64,000 bases of DNA, taken from contig JAAESM010000050.1 in assembly GCA_024229395.1 (NCBI GenBank), forward strand, positions 58,043 through 122,042. The letters run 5' to 3'. This document shows positions 26,266 through 36,108 of this stretch, piece by piece. Position 1 is the first letter of the stretch. Each line of letters begins with the position of its first letter. The notes under the pieces are model-generated. The model was not told the DNA's origin and did no database searches. It saw only the letters and a program-made list of their open reading frames with translations. The DNA comes from Planctomycetota bacterium (lineage in GTDB: Bacteria; Planctomycetota; UBA1135). Position numbers and translations under genes: made by a program.

Positions 26266-29200
26266 TTACCAGGCGAACGGAAGCTTCAAGTACTCGATGC
26301 CTGGACGCTCCTTGTCGACGGTCGGACCGGAGTCCAATGCATCGATGTCAAAGGTCAAGCGATAACGAATGAAGCGCGAGCCATCAAGCGTTGCCAAAGT
26401 CGTGGTACCACCGTCGCCAGTCCATTCCGACTTGGCGCTGAGGTCAGGATCGTTGGTGCCGGTGATGGCATCGGTGCCCTGGAACTGAATCCGAACACTT
26501 GCCGAAACTGGCAGGCGATCCTTAGTGTCAGTGGTGTTGACACGGAAGAACTTGGACTTCACGACCCAGCTTGCACTTGCCAATAAAGCCATTGGACCAT
26601 CACTGACGCGTGTGGTCAGTACCAAGGTCTCAGGGCTTGCGGTGTAAGTTGCTTCCATGATCTCGAAGGTACTGGCGTTGCCTAAGGCAGCGTTAGGCAG
26701 CACATCGAAACCGACCAGCAGGTTCGGGTTGCGCAGGAACTCAGCTGCGAAGGAGTTGGATGGATTCGCGATCGTGACCGAGTAGTTACTGAAGGTTGCG
26801 GAACCTGCGCCAGCATCACTGCCGATGGTGTCACCTGCAACTACCTTGTTGGCCGAAGAAATCACCATGCCGGTGTCCGAATCGATGCCATCGAAGTGCA
26901 GCAAGGCGTCCAAGTAGGCAGGGTATGTTCCAGCACCACTGTTGGTACGCAGACCAGCCAAACCGGTATCGATCCACTGTGACTGCAGTTGTGACTCAGG
27001 CGAGTAGAACGGCACCAAAGTGAAGGCCTGTGGCATGGTGTACAGACCCAAGATCTCATCTTGGCGATCGGACACCGGTGGGTTGTCCAAGTCTTCGACG
27101 GAGATGTACTGCTTGAAGGCTGCATCCACCGTCGGGTGGTAAGTGATATCGGTGAGTGGGTTCGGTACGTGTACCTGAATCACACCCGAAGCACCTGCGC
27201 CGCCGCGACCAGTACTGTAAGGACCGTTGCCATCAAGATCCGTGTCGTTGGTAGCACCACCATTATTAAAGGTAGCCGAAGCCGTGCTGACAGCCCAACC
27301 ACGACGACCACCAATGGCTTGCACCACGTGGTTGCCGGCCAGGTTATCGAAGAAGGTCGCTGGGACACCTGGGTCACCAGCCGTTCCGACATCGATTGCT
27401 GCGACATTCAGCCCCGTGGTGGTATGGAGAATCATATGGCCACCAGAGCCACCACCGGAACCGGACACTTGCGTGGTAGTTCCCGAAACGGTGCCTTCGT
27501 AGGAAGCTTCACCACCATGACCTGCGCCACCATTGACCCTCAGCGTAGTGCTTGGGCCAAGAGTAATCGCGCCAAGCGCATGGATCTGAACCTGACCACC
27601 GCCACCGCCTCCAGGAGCTCCACGGTAGTAAGCCGGTGTGGCTGGACCGTGGTTCGGGAAGTTTGGGTCCGGCCAGTGATCAATCAATGGCAAAGCAATA
27701 CCCATGCCGGTGCCATCATCGATGTAGCGCAATAGCTGCTGCATATCGCCACTTGCTCCGCCACCGGAGCCAGCATAGGGAGCCATCAGTTCACCGGTAA
27801 CCAAGACTGGGTCGGTGACGCCACCATCCCAGAAGAAACGGTTGCCATAGAAGTCGTTGCTCAGGTCGCCATCAGAGAAGACCGAAGTACCAGCGAGGCC
27901 ACCATCTGGACCATTGGTCAAGCTACCAATGTCATAGCTCATGTTGGCGGTCGTTCGGGCTGGATCGAAGAAATCGTTGTCGGTAGCGTCGCCATCTTCA
28001 AGCAAGTCCTCGTAACCGTGTGTGCCGTGTGCACCTGGGCCTGCTGCTGCACCACCGGAACCACGAGCACTACCCCGTAGGCCTGCTTCTGCCCCAGTGA
28101 AGATTGCATCTTCATCGAGAGTGGTGCCGCCATCAAATGCGGTGTGGCGATCGGCGCGCAAATCTGGACCGGCGTCGTCGAAATTCAGCGGGTTCTCCAG
28201 TGCGCTCCATTGATCCCAGAAAACGGAATCAGTACGTCCAAGGCTGAATGCGCCGCCACCGCCACCGCCAGCAACAATGTACTGAGCAGTCACTCGGCCA
28301 GCTCCACCACCAGTTGCGGCGAACTCGGTGTACTGTTGGAAGCCACCTTCACCACCTTGACCGCCACCGAAGGTTGCGCCGAATGGACCGTTGCCGGTCT
28401 CACCGCGAACAGTGTAGCTATCAATGGTTTGCGAAGAAGTACCACCATCTCCACCACCACAAACGCCTTCAGCGCCTGGGCCAGGCAGTTCCGGGTGGTA
28501 AGCACCACCATCAGGTGCAGCAGCATTGAAGCCACTTGCATCCAACGTTCCGAGCAGGTTGGCTTCGCCAGCGACATAGATGATCAATGGGTTGTCACCT
28601 GCAGCGCGCAAAGTGGCACCTGACTCGATCGTGAAGTCATTGACCTCAAGAACACCATCGGTGATGGTGAAGGTACGACCATTACCATCGGAGAAGTCAT
28701 GGCTGCCGTTATCCGTGGTCAAGGTCAACAGACCCTGGGTGGCGGTCACGACGAGGTTTTCGTCGGTGGCCACTGCCGAACCTGGGAACTCGAAGTCCGC
28801 CGACAACAAGTTCGGAGAGACGCTTGCGGTTGGTTGTGGCAGCGAGGCATCGAGGTCGAGGCCGTTAGGACCTTGGAACTCATCGCGGAACTCATCGACG
28901 GTGACATCGGTCTCCGTGAACGCTGGGCCATCAGCGTATAGCTGTGCCAAGGTCGGCATGCTGACGGGCAAGGAAGTGACCGCGGTCGTGTTGGTCGCAC
29001 CGCCGATATCCTGGAAGTCCGAGGAAGCTACGACGCGAATCGAACGACTTGGCAACAACACGCCGCTTACACGGAAGTGAAGGACTGCGCCGTCGCCACA
29101 GTTTTGCACCACCAACCAATCACCTGCAACGATGTTGCCGGAGGTTGGGAACAAACCCACTGCGTTGGAGTACTGAACGTGAAGACGATCCAGCGCAAGG

Positions 29201-29841
29201 TTGTCCGGAGACGGGTTGATCGACTGGTTAAAGGTCACCACGATCTCGGTCATGTCCTGCGACAGCAAACCGAGAGAGTTCGGAATCTCGACGGTGTCGA
29301 AAGCTGGTGGACCGATGATGGTATCTGCGAAAAGAGCCTCACCGATTTCAGGCGTCTTGAAGTCGCGGGTCAGGCCAGTGGCCAATTGATGGCCCTGGGT
29401 ATCACGCAAAATCGACGAGCCTTGGTTACCCAAAGTAGGCAGAACCAACTCGTAGTTGTTGCCGCCAGGTACTAGGCCACCGTTGGTGTTGCCAGCGTTG
29501 GTCGGGCAGGAAGGCGTGAAAACAATCATGCGATTAGCGCGTCCACTGGTATCCGCCGTCAATTCGAAAGTGCCGGTCACTGGCTGGCCAAGGCCGCCTG
29601 CATCCGTAGGACGAATGATGATGGAAGCGAAGCCGATCGAAGCCGGGTTGATCGCACTGTTGAACACGATCTGAATCGGACGGTTCAGAGCCCAGATGTC
29701 GCCATCACTGATGTTGGTGGTCAGGGCTTCGAAGGTGCCGACTGTCGGCGAGGATGACTTACATCCCCCCGCGAAGACGGCACTAAGTACGCCGCCCGCG
29801 ATCAGGAGGTTACGCAGGATGGGAAAACGAGATGGGAGCAT
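26266..29841 (-). CDS. giant lipoprotein, glycine-run subtype (hypothetical)
   Basis: The ATG at 29841 overlaps the upstream stop (TGATG). A TTG at 29844 is also possible. Signal peptide with lipobox VFAGGC. Ig-like module IQIVFNSAINPASIGFASIIIRP. Gly-run core at aa 400-895. Paralog of 15875-19006. Confidence 0.85.
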   Translation of the reverse strand: MLPSRFPILRNLLIAGGVLSAVFAGGCKSSSPTVGTFEALTTNISDGDIWALNRPIQIVFNSAINPASIGFASIIIRPTDAGGLGQPVTGTFELTADTSGRANRMIVFTPSCPTNAGNTNGGLVPGGNNYELVLPTLGNQGSSILRDTQGHQLATGLTRDFKTPEIGEALFADTIIGPPAFDTVEIPNSLGLLSQDMTEIVVTFNQSINPSPDNLALDRLHVQYSNAVGLFPTSGNIVAGDWLVVQNCGDGAVLHFRVSGVLLPSRSIRVVASSDFQDIGGATNTTAVTSLPVSMPTLAQLYADGPAFTETDVTVDEFRDEFQGPNGLDLDASLPQPTASVSPNLLSADFEFPGSAVATDENLVVTATQGLLTLTTDNGSHDFSDGNGRTFTITDGVLEVNDFTIESGATLRAAGDNPLIIYVAGEANLLGTLDASGFNAAAPDGGAYHPELPGPGAEGVCGGGDGGTSSQTIDSYTVRGETGNGPFGATFGGGQGGEGGFQQYTEFAATGGGAGRVTAQYIVAGGGGGGAFSLGRTDSVFWDQWSALENPLNFDDAGPDLRADRHTAFDGGTTLDEDAIFTGAEAGLRGSARGSGGAAAGPGAHGTHGYEDLLEDGDATDNDFFDPARTTANMSYDIGSLTNGPDGGLAGTSVFSDGDLSNDFYGNRFFWDGGVTDPVLVTGELMAPYAGSGGGASGDMQQLLRYIDDGTGMGIALPLIDHWPDPNFPNHGPATPAYYRGAPGGGGGGQVQIHALGAITLGPSTTLRVNGGAGHGGEASYEGTVSGTTTQVSGSGGGSGGHMILHTTTGLNVAAIDVGTAGDPGVPATFFDNLAGNHVVQAIGGRRGWAVSTASATFNNGGATNDTDLDGNGPYSTGRGGAGASGVIQVHVPNPLTDITYHPTVDAAFKQYISVEDLDNPPVSDRQDEILGLYTMPQAFTLVPFYSPESQLQSQWIDTGLAGLRTNSGAGTYPAYLDALLHFDGIDSDTGMVISSANKVVAGDTIGSDAGAGSATFSNYSVTIANPSNSFAAEFLRNPNLLVGFDVLPNAALGNASTFEIMEATYTASPETLVLTTRVSDGPMALLASASWVVKSKFFRVNTTDTKDRLPVSASVRIQFQGTDAITGTNDPDLSAKSEWTGDGGTTTLATLDGSRFIRYRLTFDIDALDSGPTVDKERPGIEYLKLPFAW

Positions 29842-32800
29842 CAATTGGTAGTGTAAGCGAAGCCAAAGGCGTCGAGTTCTGCTTCAAGGTCTTGGTCGAT
29901 GTTGGCGACGAAGGTGAAGCGTAGCTGGAAGAAGCGTTTGCCGGAGGCAACCAAGTCTGCTGCATCGTCGGACCAATCGGTTGGTGGGTCGACGTTGCCA
30001 CAGGCAGTATTGTCGTAATCGCCGTAGGCGTCAAAGCCGGACGATGCATCGTCCAAGGGCGATGCGAGGTCGGTACAGCCAGTTTCCTGGACCAGAGTCG
30101 TAGCACGGTAATCGACCAGTACCGAGGTTCCTGGGTTGGCTTGAGTGGAGGTTGGCTCCAAAGTCACCGAAGACAGCGACTGGATATCACCACCGAAGTC
30201 GAACCAGTGGGTGTAGATCTTGCTGACCTTGGTCACGAAATCGACCTGGCCCCAGTAGAGCTCAGGACCGAAACCCTTGGTCACGGATCCTTGGGTTGGA
30301 CCAGAAGTCACGTAGCCGCCATAAGGGTGCGTACCCTTCGGGGGCAAGTCAGGGCTAACTAGTTGCCAAGTAGGAGCAGTGTCCTGACCACCGGCGCTGA
30401 ACACGCGGAAGGCCGGGATGTTGGACGAACCAACCATGATCTGCACCTGGAAACCGTTGAAGCCCCATTCACCACCACGTGGGTAGCAACGGTAACGCAT
30501 CAACAGTGGCAGGGCGATACTTGGGTAGTAACCCTTGTTGTAGGTCGGAGGAGCTGCGGAGACCACGCGTGGTGGCACGCCCCATCCATCCAGTGGGTTA
30601 CCGCCTTCCAAGCTACCGCCGTTGGGTTTCGGGAAGGAAGTATCGCGCCACGTGTAAGTCGTCGAGAAGTCTGGCCATGGGTACATGAACACACCACCAG
30701 GAGTCTGGAACTTATTGATGGTCGAGATCGAATAACTGCTATCGAAGCAGATCACCTCATCCAAGTCCGCGTAGGTGTTTGGGTTCTGACCGTAGCCGTA
30801 GATGTTCTCGTCGAAGCCGTTCGAAGTCAGACGACGCAGACCCGAGTTCTTGTGTCCTGGGTAACCGGTCATCGGGTTGATGTAGTCATCCGGGAAACGA
30901 CGCGAGTGTGCGAGCGCAACGGAGTAACGTGCGAAGGTGTCATCAAACAAGACGCCTTCGAATGGTGACCAGTTGAGGCCTTCGACATCAAGGTTGAACT
31001 CGGAGTTCGAGGTCAGACCGAAGCCAAGGTGGTGATAACCCCAGACCGTCATCATGACCGAACCGGAAGGTACCAATGGCGTCATGATGCCAGCGGTGAA
31101 CTTCAGACGGTTACCGATGTACAGGTTGGTCTGGTCAGCTTGGCGCGAGAAACGCGTCAGCGAACGACCGCGGAGTACACCATCGCCAAGTTGAGGACCT
31201 AGCTGACCACCGTATTCAGGAGCCTGATCGTTATCTTCATCAGCACCGTTACCGCGCAAGGCGAAGTAAGCGTCTGCTGGGACACCAGCTCCGGTATCGT
31301 CCAAGGTCAACTGTCCAGCCGCTTGGCTGGAGTGACCTGCAACGAAGCCAGTGAAGTTCATCGGGTTACCCGACAAGTCGAGGATACCGGTGGAACCATC
31401 ACGAAGAGCCAACGAAATCTGCTGCAATGCACCAAGACCGAATGGGTCCGTGACACCTGCAACTGGAGCCATGGTGAAGCTTTGCGCATCACCGGATACC
31501 GAAACCGGACCGAACATAATCGCACCGGAACCTGCACCTGGGCTGAAGCCTGGCAAACGGTCGATGTAATCAGCGACGGCCTCACCGCCGAGCTGGTCCC
31601 ACTCATCATCCACGACTTCTACGTTGGCGTCGTCGGTGCTGGCGAGCACCATCGAATCCAGGGAACGTACGGTGCCGACGTCAATCGGCTCACTGAAACG
31701 TACGGAGAAGGTTGCGAAAGGATCGACATCCGTAGCCGGGAAGGAAGCCGGCGATGGAGTGATGGTCACGAAGCAGTACTGCACAGGAGCATCAGCCACC
31801 GTGTACTTGGTGGTCAACAGACCACTGATGCCGGAGCCACCTGCGGATAGTGATCCGGACAACAAGGTACCGGTCACGACATAAGCGCTGTCATCGACTG
31901 CACTGACGACGCTGGTGACCTGGATCAGCGCATCGCCAACCTCGTGGACGTCACCGACCTTCGGCGTGATCGGACGACAACCGACCGCGTCAATCGCGTA
32001 GGTCAAGGTGCGCAAGTAACCAGCTTCGGTGACGGCAGAGATGGTGATCTCTTGACTCACGATCAGGTCAGGGCGCAGATTATCGATCAGGAAGCCGTTG
32101 AAGACGTCGAAGTTGTTTCCAGTACGGAAAGCGCGGACGGAAACAGGATCAAAGCCGGCGAACTCATGGGGCTCGAGAATCGAGGAGCCGTTGGAATCAC
32201 GCACGACATCGAAGGTCTGCGTGCCAGCCTTGTTGGTCAGCAACATGTTCTGGTTCAAGAACGGGTTGCGCGCGGTTGGGATCCGAACCTTGACGTTCGG
32301 GTTGACCTGACCAACCGATTCAGGGAAACCAACACCATTCTCAGGAATGCTGTAGGTCTCCGAGTCCTTACGCGAGATGGTCGGATCAAGAATCACCAAA
32401 CCTCTTGGCGAACCGTCTTGGCCAATGCCTTCCTTGACGATGTATCGCAACTCAAGACTCTGGAAAGTTTCGTTGCTGGTACCGACCAAAACCTGGATCG
32501 TCTGGCGGTCTACCGTAGCTGGATCGAGGAACTCGCTGAAGACCAACTGGATGCAGCCGTTACGCGCCACCTTGGTGAACGGTGCTGGAGCATCGAAGCT
32601 CTTGGACTGCAGTGATGCGAGTCCGTTGGTCGCTGCCGTATAGGCGGCGTTGAAGGCGGCGGTGCCATCCTCCAGTTCAATGGTCAGGGTTTCACGCTGG
32701 GTGATTGGGTTGAGCCCGAGGTTGTAGATCACACCATCGCTCTGCACGCTCTCGCGAATCAGGACGTCGGACTCTACCAACAGCCCGGTGCTGTCAAAGA

Positions 32801-32987
32801 CATCAACCAAACGCCCCCACTGCATGTCTTCCAAGACTAGCGTGGACTTGCCACTGCCGGCTCCAGTACTGCTACCAGCAGAACCAAGGTCATTCTTGGC
32901 GGCACCACACCCCATCAGCAAGATTGCTGGAAGGGCAAGGCTGAGGAGTGAAGTCTTCTTCAGGAGGTTGTTCACGGTGAAATCCAT
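29841..32987 (-). CDS. giant lipoprotein, non-glycine subtype (hypothetical)
   Basis: 1048 aa. Signal peptide with lipobox ILLMGC. Full-length paralog of 32989-36108. The start ATG lies 1 nt after the upstream TAA. Confidence 0.85.
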   Translation of the reverse strand: MDFTVNNLLKKTSLLSLALPAILLMGCGAAKNDLGSAGSSTGAGSGKSTLVLEDMQWGRLVDVFDSTGLLVESDVLIRESVQSDGVIYNLGLNPITQRETLTIELEDGTAAFNAAYTAATNGLASLQSKSFDAPAPFTKVARNGCIQLVFSEFLDPATVDRQTIQVLVGTSNETFQSLELRYIVKEGIGQDGSPRGLVILDPTISRKDSETYSIPENGVGFPESVGQVNPNVKVRIPTARNPFLNQNMLLTNKAGTQTFDVVRDSNGSSILEPHEFAGFDPVSVRAFRTGNNFDVFNGFLIDNLRPDLIVSQEITISAVTEAGYLRTLTYAIDAVGCRPITPKVGDVHEVGDALIQVTSVVSAVDDSAYVVTGTLLSGSLSAGGSGISGLLTTKYTVADAPVQYCFVTITPSPASFPATDVDPFATFSVRFSEPIDVGTVRSLDSMVLASTDDANVEVVDDEWDQLGGEAVADYIDRLPGFSPGAGSGAIMFGPVSVSGDAQSFTMAPVAGVTDPFGLGALQQISLALRDGSTGILDLSGNPMNFTGFVAGHSSQAAGQLTLDDTGAGVPADAYFALRGNGADEDNDQAPEYGGQLGPQLGDGVLRGRSLTRFSRQADQTNLYIGNRLKFTAGIMTPLVPSGSVMMTVWGYHHLGFGLTSNSEFNLDVEGLNWSPFEGVLFDDTFARYSVALAHSRRFPDDYINPMTGYPGHKNSGLRRLTSNGFDENIYGYGQNPNTYADLDEVICFDSSYSISTINKFQTPGGVFMYPWPDFSTTYTWRDTSFPKPNGGSLEGGNPLDGWGVPPRVVSAAPPTYNKGYYPSIALPLLMRYRCYPRGGEWGFNGFQVQIMVGSSNIPAFRVFSAGGQDTAPTWQLVSPDLPPKGTHPYGGYVTSGPTQGSVTKGFGPELYWGQVDFVTKVSKIYTHWFDFGGDIQSLSSVTLEPTSTQANPGTSVLVDYRATTLVQETGCTDLASPLDDASSGFDAYGDYDNTACGNVDPPTDWSDDAADLVASGKRFFQLRFTFVANIDQDLEAELDAFGFAYTTN

Positions 32988-32988
32988 T

Positions 32989-35900
32989 TTAGTTTTTCCA
33001 AACGATGCCTAAACCGTCGAGCGCTGGGCGCAAGCCCAGGTCCGCGTTGGAGTTGAAGGTCACTCGTACCTGGAAGTACTTGTAGCCAAGTCCTTCAAGG
33101 TCAGCGAAGTCGGTGGTCCAAACACTTGGCGTACTGACGTTACCGGTAAATCCATCCCAGTCGCCGTAGTTATCCAGTGGCGTATCTGCGGTGGTCAACG
33201 GCGATGGGCTGCCCTCTGGGTCGTTGTTCTCGTGGCTGACTGCTGCAGCGCCACGGAACTCCACGACCATCGACGTACCAGTCGGCTGTGCAGCGGCTGG
33301 TGGTTCCACAACGACGTCGACCACAGCATCAGGGCTGAGGTTGGCGCCAAGGTCGAACCAGTGGCTGTACATACGCGAGACGTCGAGGGCGAAGTCGGCT
33401 TGCACCCAGTAGATAGCTTGGTCACCGATGGATGGCGTTGGGCCACCACCTGGCAAGAAACCACCGGTAGGGCGCGTACCACCCTTGGCAGGGTTGTCTG
33501 GCTGAACCTGCTCCCATTGGCTACTGCTGTTCTGACCACCTACTGAGTAGATGCGGCAGATTGGCGAGTACAGCGGGTTGCGTCCCTGCGGCACGATGTC
33601 CGTGACGATGAAGGAGTTCAAACCCAACGTGTTGCTTTGCGGGAAGGTGCGGTAGCGATACAGCAAAGGCAAGGCAACCGAAGGTGCGAAGCCGGGGTCC
33701 CAAGCGAAAATCTCACCGGAGTCCGTCAAGTATTGAGGGCCTGGCGTAGTTGCCTGAGCGCCACCGAGATAAATCTGAGGAATGGTGGTGTCTCGCCAGA
33801 CGTAGTTGCTGGTGAACTCGGGCCATGGCAGGTAGTTCACACCATTGGTCACGAAGGTGTTGATCGACTGGGTGAAGTAGCTGCTGCGGAACACTTCCAC
33901 CTCATCTACGCCCGTGTCGACGCCCTCTTGATAACCGAGGATGTTGGCATCGAAGCTTTCGGTGACCAGACCCGATTGTGCATTCACAGGGTTGCCTTGA
34001 ATGTCGAGGACTTCGTCCGGCTGGTACTCCGAGTGCGCGAAGGACAAGGAGATGTCGGCGAAGGTTTCGTCATAGACCACACCGTTGTTCGGTGCCCAGT
34101 TCCAGCCCACGACCGTGACGTTGTATTCCGTCGGATCGGTGTAACCGAAGCCGAAGTCGTGTGCGCGGTGCATGCCCATCACTACGGCACCAGCCGGAGT
34201 CAGTGGCTCGTTGACCGGAGCACCCAGTGGGCGGTTTGAGATCGACTCACGCGAAGTATCCGCAGTACGCGAGAAACGCTCAGGCACGCGACCAGTGACT
34301 TCACCGGCATTGATGATGTTGACTTGGCCAGCCCATTCGGCAAGGCCGTCGCCGTTCTCATCCAAAGATGCGGCGGAGAGCACGAAGCTCTTGTAGCCAA
34401 TATCAATCGAAGAGACGGTAATCGATTCCGCTTGACCGTCGTTACCTGCGACGAAACTCGACAAGTCGATGGGGTTACCGGAAAGGTCCTTGATGCCATC
34501 GGCGCCATCACGCAGAGCAACCACGAATGCGTGGTCGGTTCCTGGGTCACGCCAGCCAGCGGAAGGTGCCAAAGTGAACTGACGGTTGCCGTCGGTTGCC
34601 TCAATGGAACCGAACAGCAGGCGACCACCAAACTCAGAAGCTGGGTCGGCGCCGGCTGCGACTGCACGGAAATCAAAGCCACGCTGACGGTCGATGAAAT
34701 CACCGACGCTTTCCGCGTTCTCGATCTGGCGGAACCAAGCTGCTTCGATCTCGAAGGGCTCGTTGATCGCGCCCGTTGCGGTGTCGTCTGGGCTGGCAAC
34801 CACGAAGGTCTTCATGGAGCGCATCGAGTTCGGGTCGATTGGCTCATCGAAACGCACCGTAACGGTGGCGTTCGGATCGATGTTGGTGGTCGGGAAATCG
34901 CCAGCCACGACAGGTGGCGGTTGAATGTCCAAGTAACAGACTTGAACCGACGCATCGACTGGGGTGTAACGCGTGGTGTAACGCGCGGACAAGTTTGCTG
35001 CGCCCGTGATGATGCTGGTATCTGCAGCTTCGATCGAGGTACGTACGCGGTAAGCAGCTGGGTTGCTGGAGTTCAAGACATCGGTCACCAACAACAAGCC
35101 GGTGCCGACCTCGAAGATGTCACCCACCTTGGGCAACATAGGCTGACAACGCACGGCATCGACGCTGTAGACCACATCGGCGGTTGCGCTGGTCGCGGCA
35201 GTCACGCTTGAGATGGTTGCCTGCTGCACACCGATCAGGTGTGGGCGGGTGGCATCGCGCAGGAAACCGCGATAGGCATCGACCTCGTTACCGGAGCGTG
35301 CGGCGCGCACCAAGACAGGCTTGCCACTGATGAACTCCTCGAAAGGCTCGGTTGCAGGGTTCTGCACAGTTGGTGTGCGACGGCCATCGAGGCTCTTCAG
35401 CACCAACGGCTGGCCGAACAATGGATCCGGCACGGTTGGGATGCGGAAAGCCATGTTCGCCGAGAAGGTGTCGACCGAACCAGGAAAACCAACCGCGTTT
35501 TGCGGGATGGCCTCTTGAGCAGCCTCTTGTGCCGAGACTGTTGGATCGAAGATCACATATCCCTTACCCGTCACGGAATCGTTATCAACCACATAGCGCC
35601 CTGCGAACGACAGCAGAGGTGGGTCGCCAACGTAGACCTGAACCGTGGTGAAGTCCACGGTGTTGGGATCGACTTGTTGCGAGAACTGCAGACGGACCGC
35701 GCCGTTACGAGCGATCATGCTCATGGGCGGTGCAGTTGTTGTCTTCTTAGCCGTGACATGCTGCAAGTTGTCTTCGGCCGACGCCAGCAAGGTGTCGAAT
35801 GCCGAGGTACCGAATGCCTGCAAGATGGTCAGCGTTTCACGCTGCGTTGCAGGGTTGGTGGACAACTCGTAGTTGATGCCGTCGGAATCGAGCAGGTGAT

Positions 35901-36108
35901 TGATCACCACATCTGCATCGATGAGGGTGCCATTGACATCATGGACATCGACAAGACGCCCCCAGTCAACACTCTCGAGGAATAGACCTAGGGTCTCTTG
36001 GTTGGAGCTGCCGATGCCGCTTCCAGAGTCGGAGCCTCCAGTGATACAGCCGCCGCCAACGGTGGCAGCAGCGAGGCTGAGGAGTGCAATTCTCGAGAAA
36101 AGTTTCAT
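32989..36108 (-). CDS. giant lipoprotein, non-glycine subtype (hypothetical)
   Basis: The ATG at 36108 gives MKLFSRIALLSLAAATVGGGC (signal peptide plus lipobox). 1039 aa. First gene of the operon, preceded by 224 bp of non-coding DNA. Confidence 0.85.
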   Translation of the reverse strand: MKLFSRIALLSLAAATVGGGCITGGSDSGSGIGSSNQETLGLFLESVDWGRLVDVHDVNGTLIDADVVINHLLDSDGINYELSTNPATQRETLTILQAFGTSAFDTLLASAEDNLQHVTAKKTTTAPPMSMIARNGAVRLQFSQQVDPNTVDFTTVQVYVGDPPLLSFAGRYVVDNDSVTGKGYVIFDPTVSAQEAAQEAIPQNAVGFPGSVDTFSANMAFRIPTVPDPLFGQPLVLKSLDGRRTPTVQNPATEPFEEFISGKPVLVRAARSGNEVDAYRGFLRDATRPHLIGVQQATISSVTAATSATADVVYSVDAVRCQPMLPKVGDIFEVGTGLLLVTDVLNSSNPAAYRVRTSIEAADTSIITGAANLSARYTTRYTPVDASVQVCYLDIQPPPVVAGDFPTTNIDPNATVTVRFDEPIDPNSMRSMKTFVVASPDDTATGAINEPFEIEAAWFRQIENAESVGDFIDRQRGFDFRAVAAGADPASEFGGRLLFGSIEATDGNRQFTLAPSAGWRDPGTDHAFVVALRDGADGIKDLSGNPIDLSSFVAGNDGQAESITVSSIDIGYKSFVLSAASLDENGDGLAEWAGQVNIINAGEVTGRVPERFSRTADTSRESISNRPLGAPVNEPLTPAGAVVMGMHRAHDFGFGYTDPTEYNVTVVGWNWAPNNGVVYDETFADISLSFAHSEYQPDEVLDIQGNPVNAQSGLVTESFDANILGYQEGVDTGVDEVEVFRSSYFTQSINTFVTNGVNYLPWPEFTSNYVWRDTTIPQIYLGGAQATTPGPQYLTDSGEIFAWDPGFAPSVALPLLYRYRTFPQSNTLGLNSFIVTDIVPQGRNPLYSPICRIYSVGGQNSSSQWEQVQPDNPAKGGTRPTGGFLPGGGPTPSIGDQAIYWVQADFALDVSRMYSHWFDLGANLSPDAVVDVVVEPPAAAQPTGTSMVVEFRGAAAVSHENNDPEGSPSPLTTADTPLDNYGDWDGFTGNVSTPSVWTTDFADLEGLGYKYFQVRVTFNSNADLGLRPALDGLGIVWKN

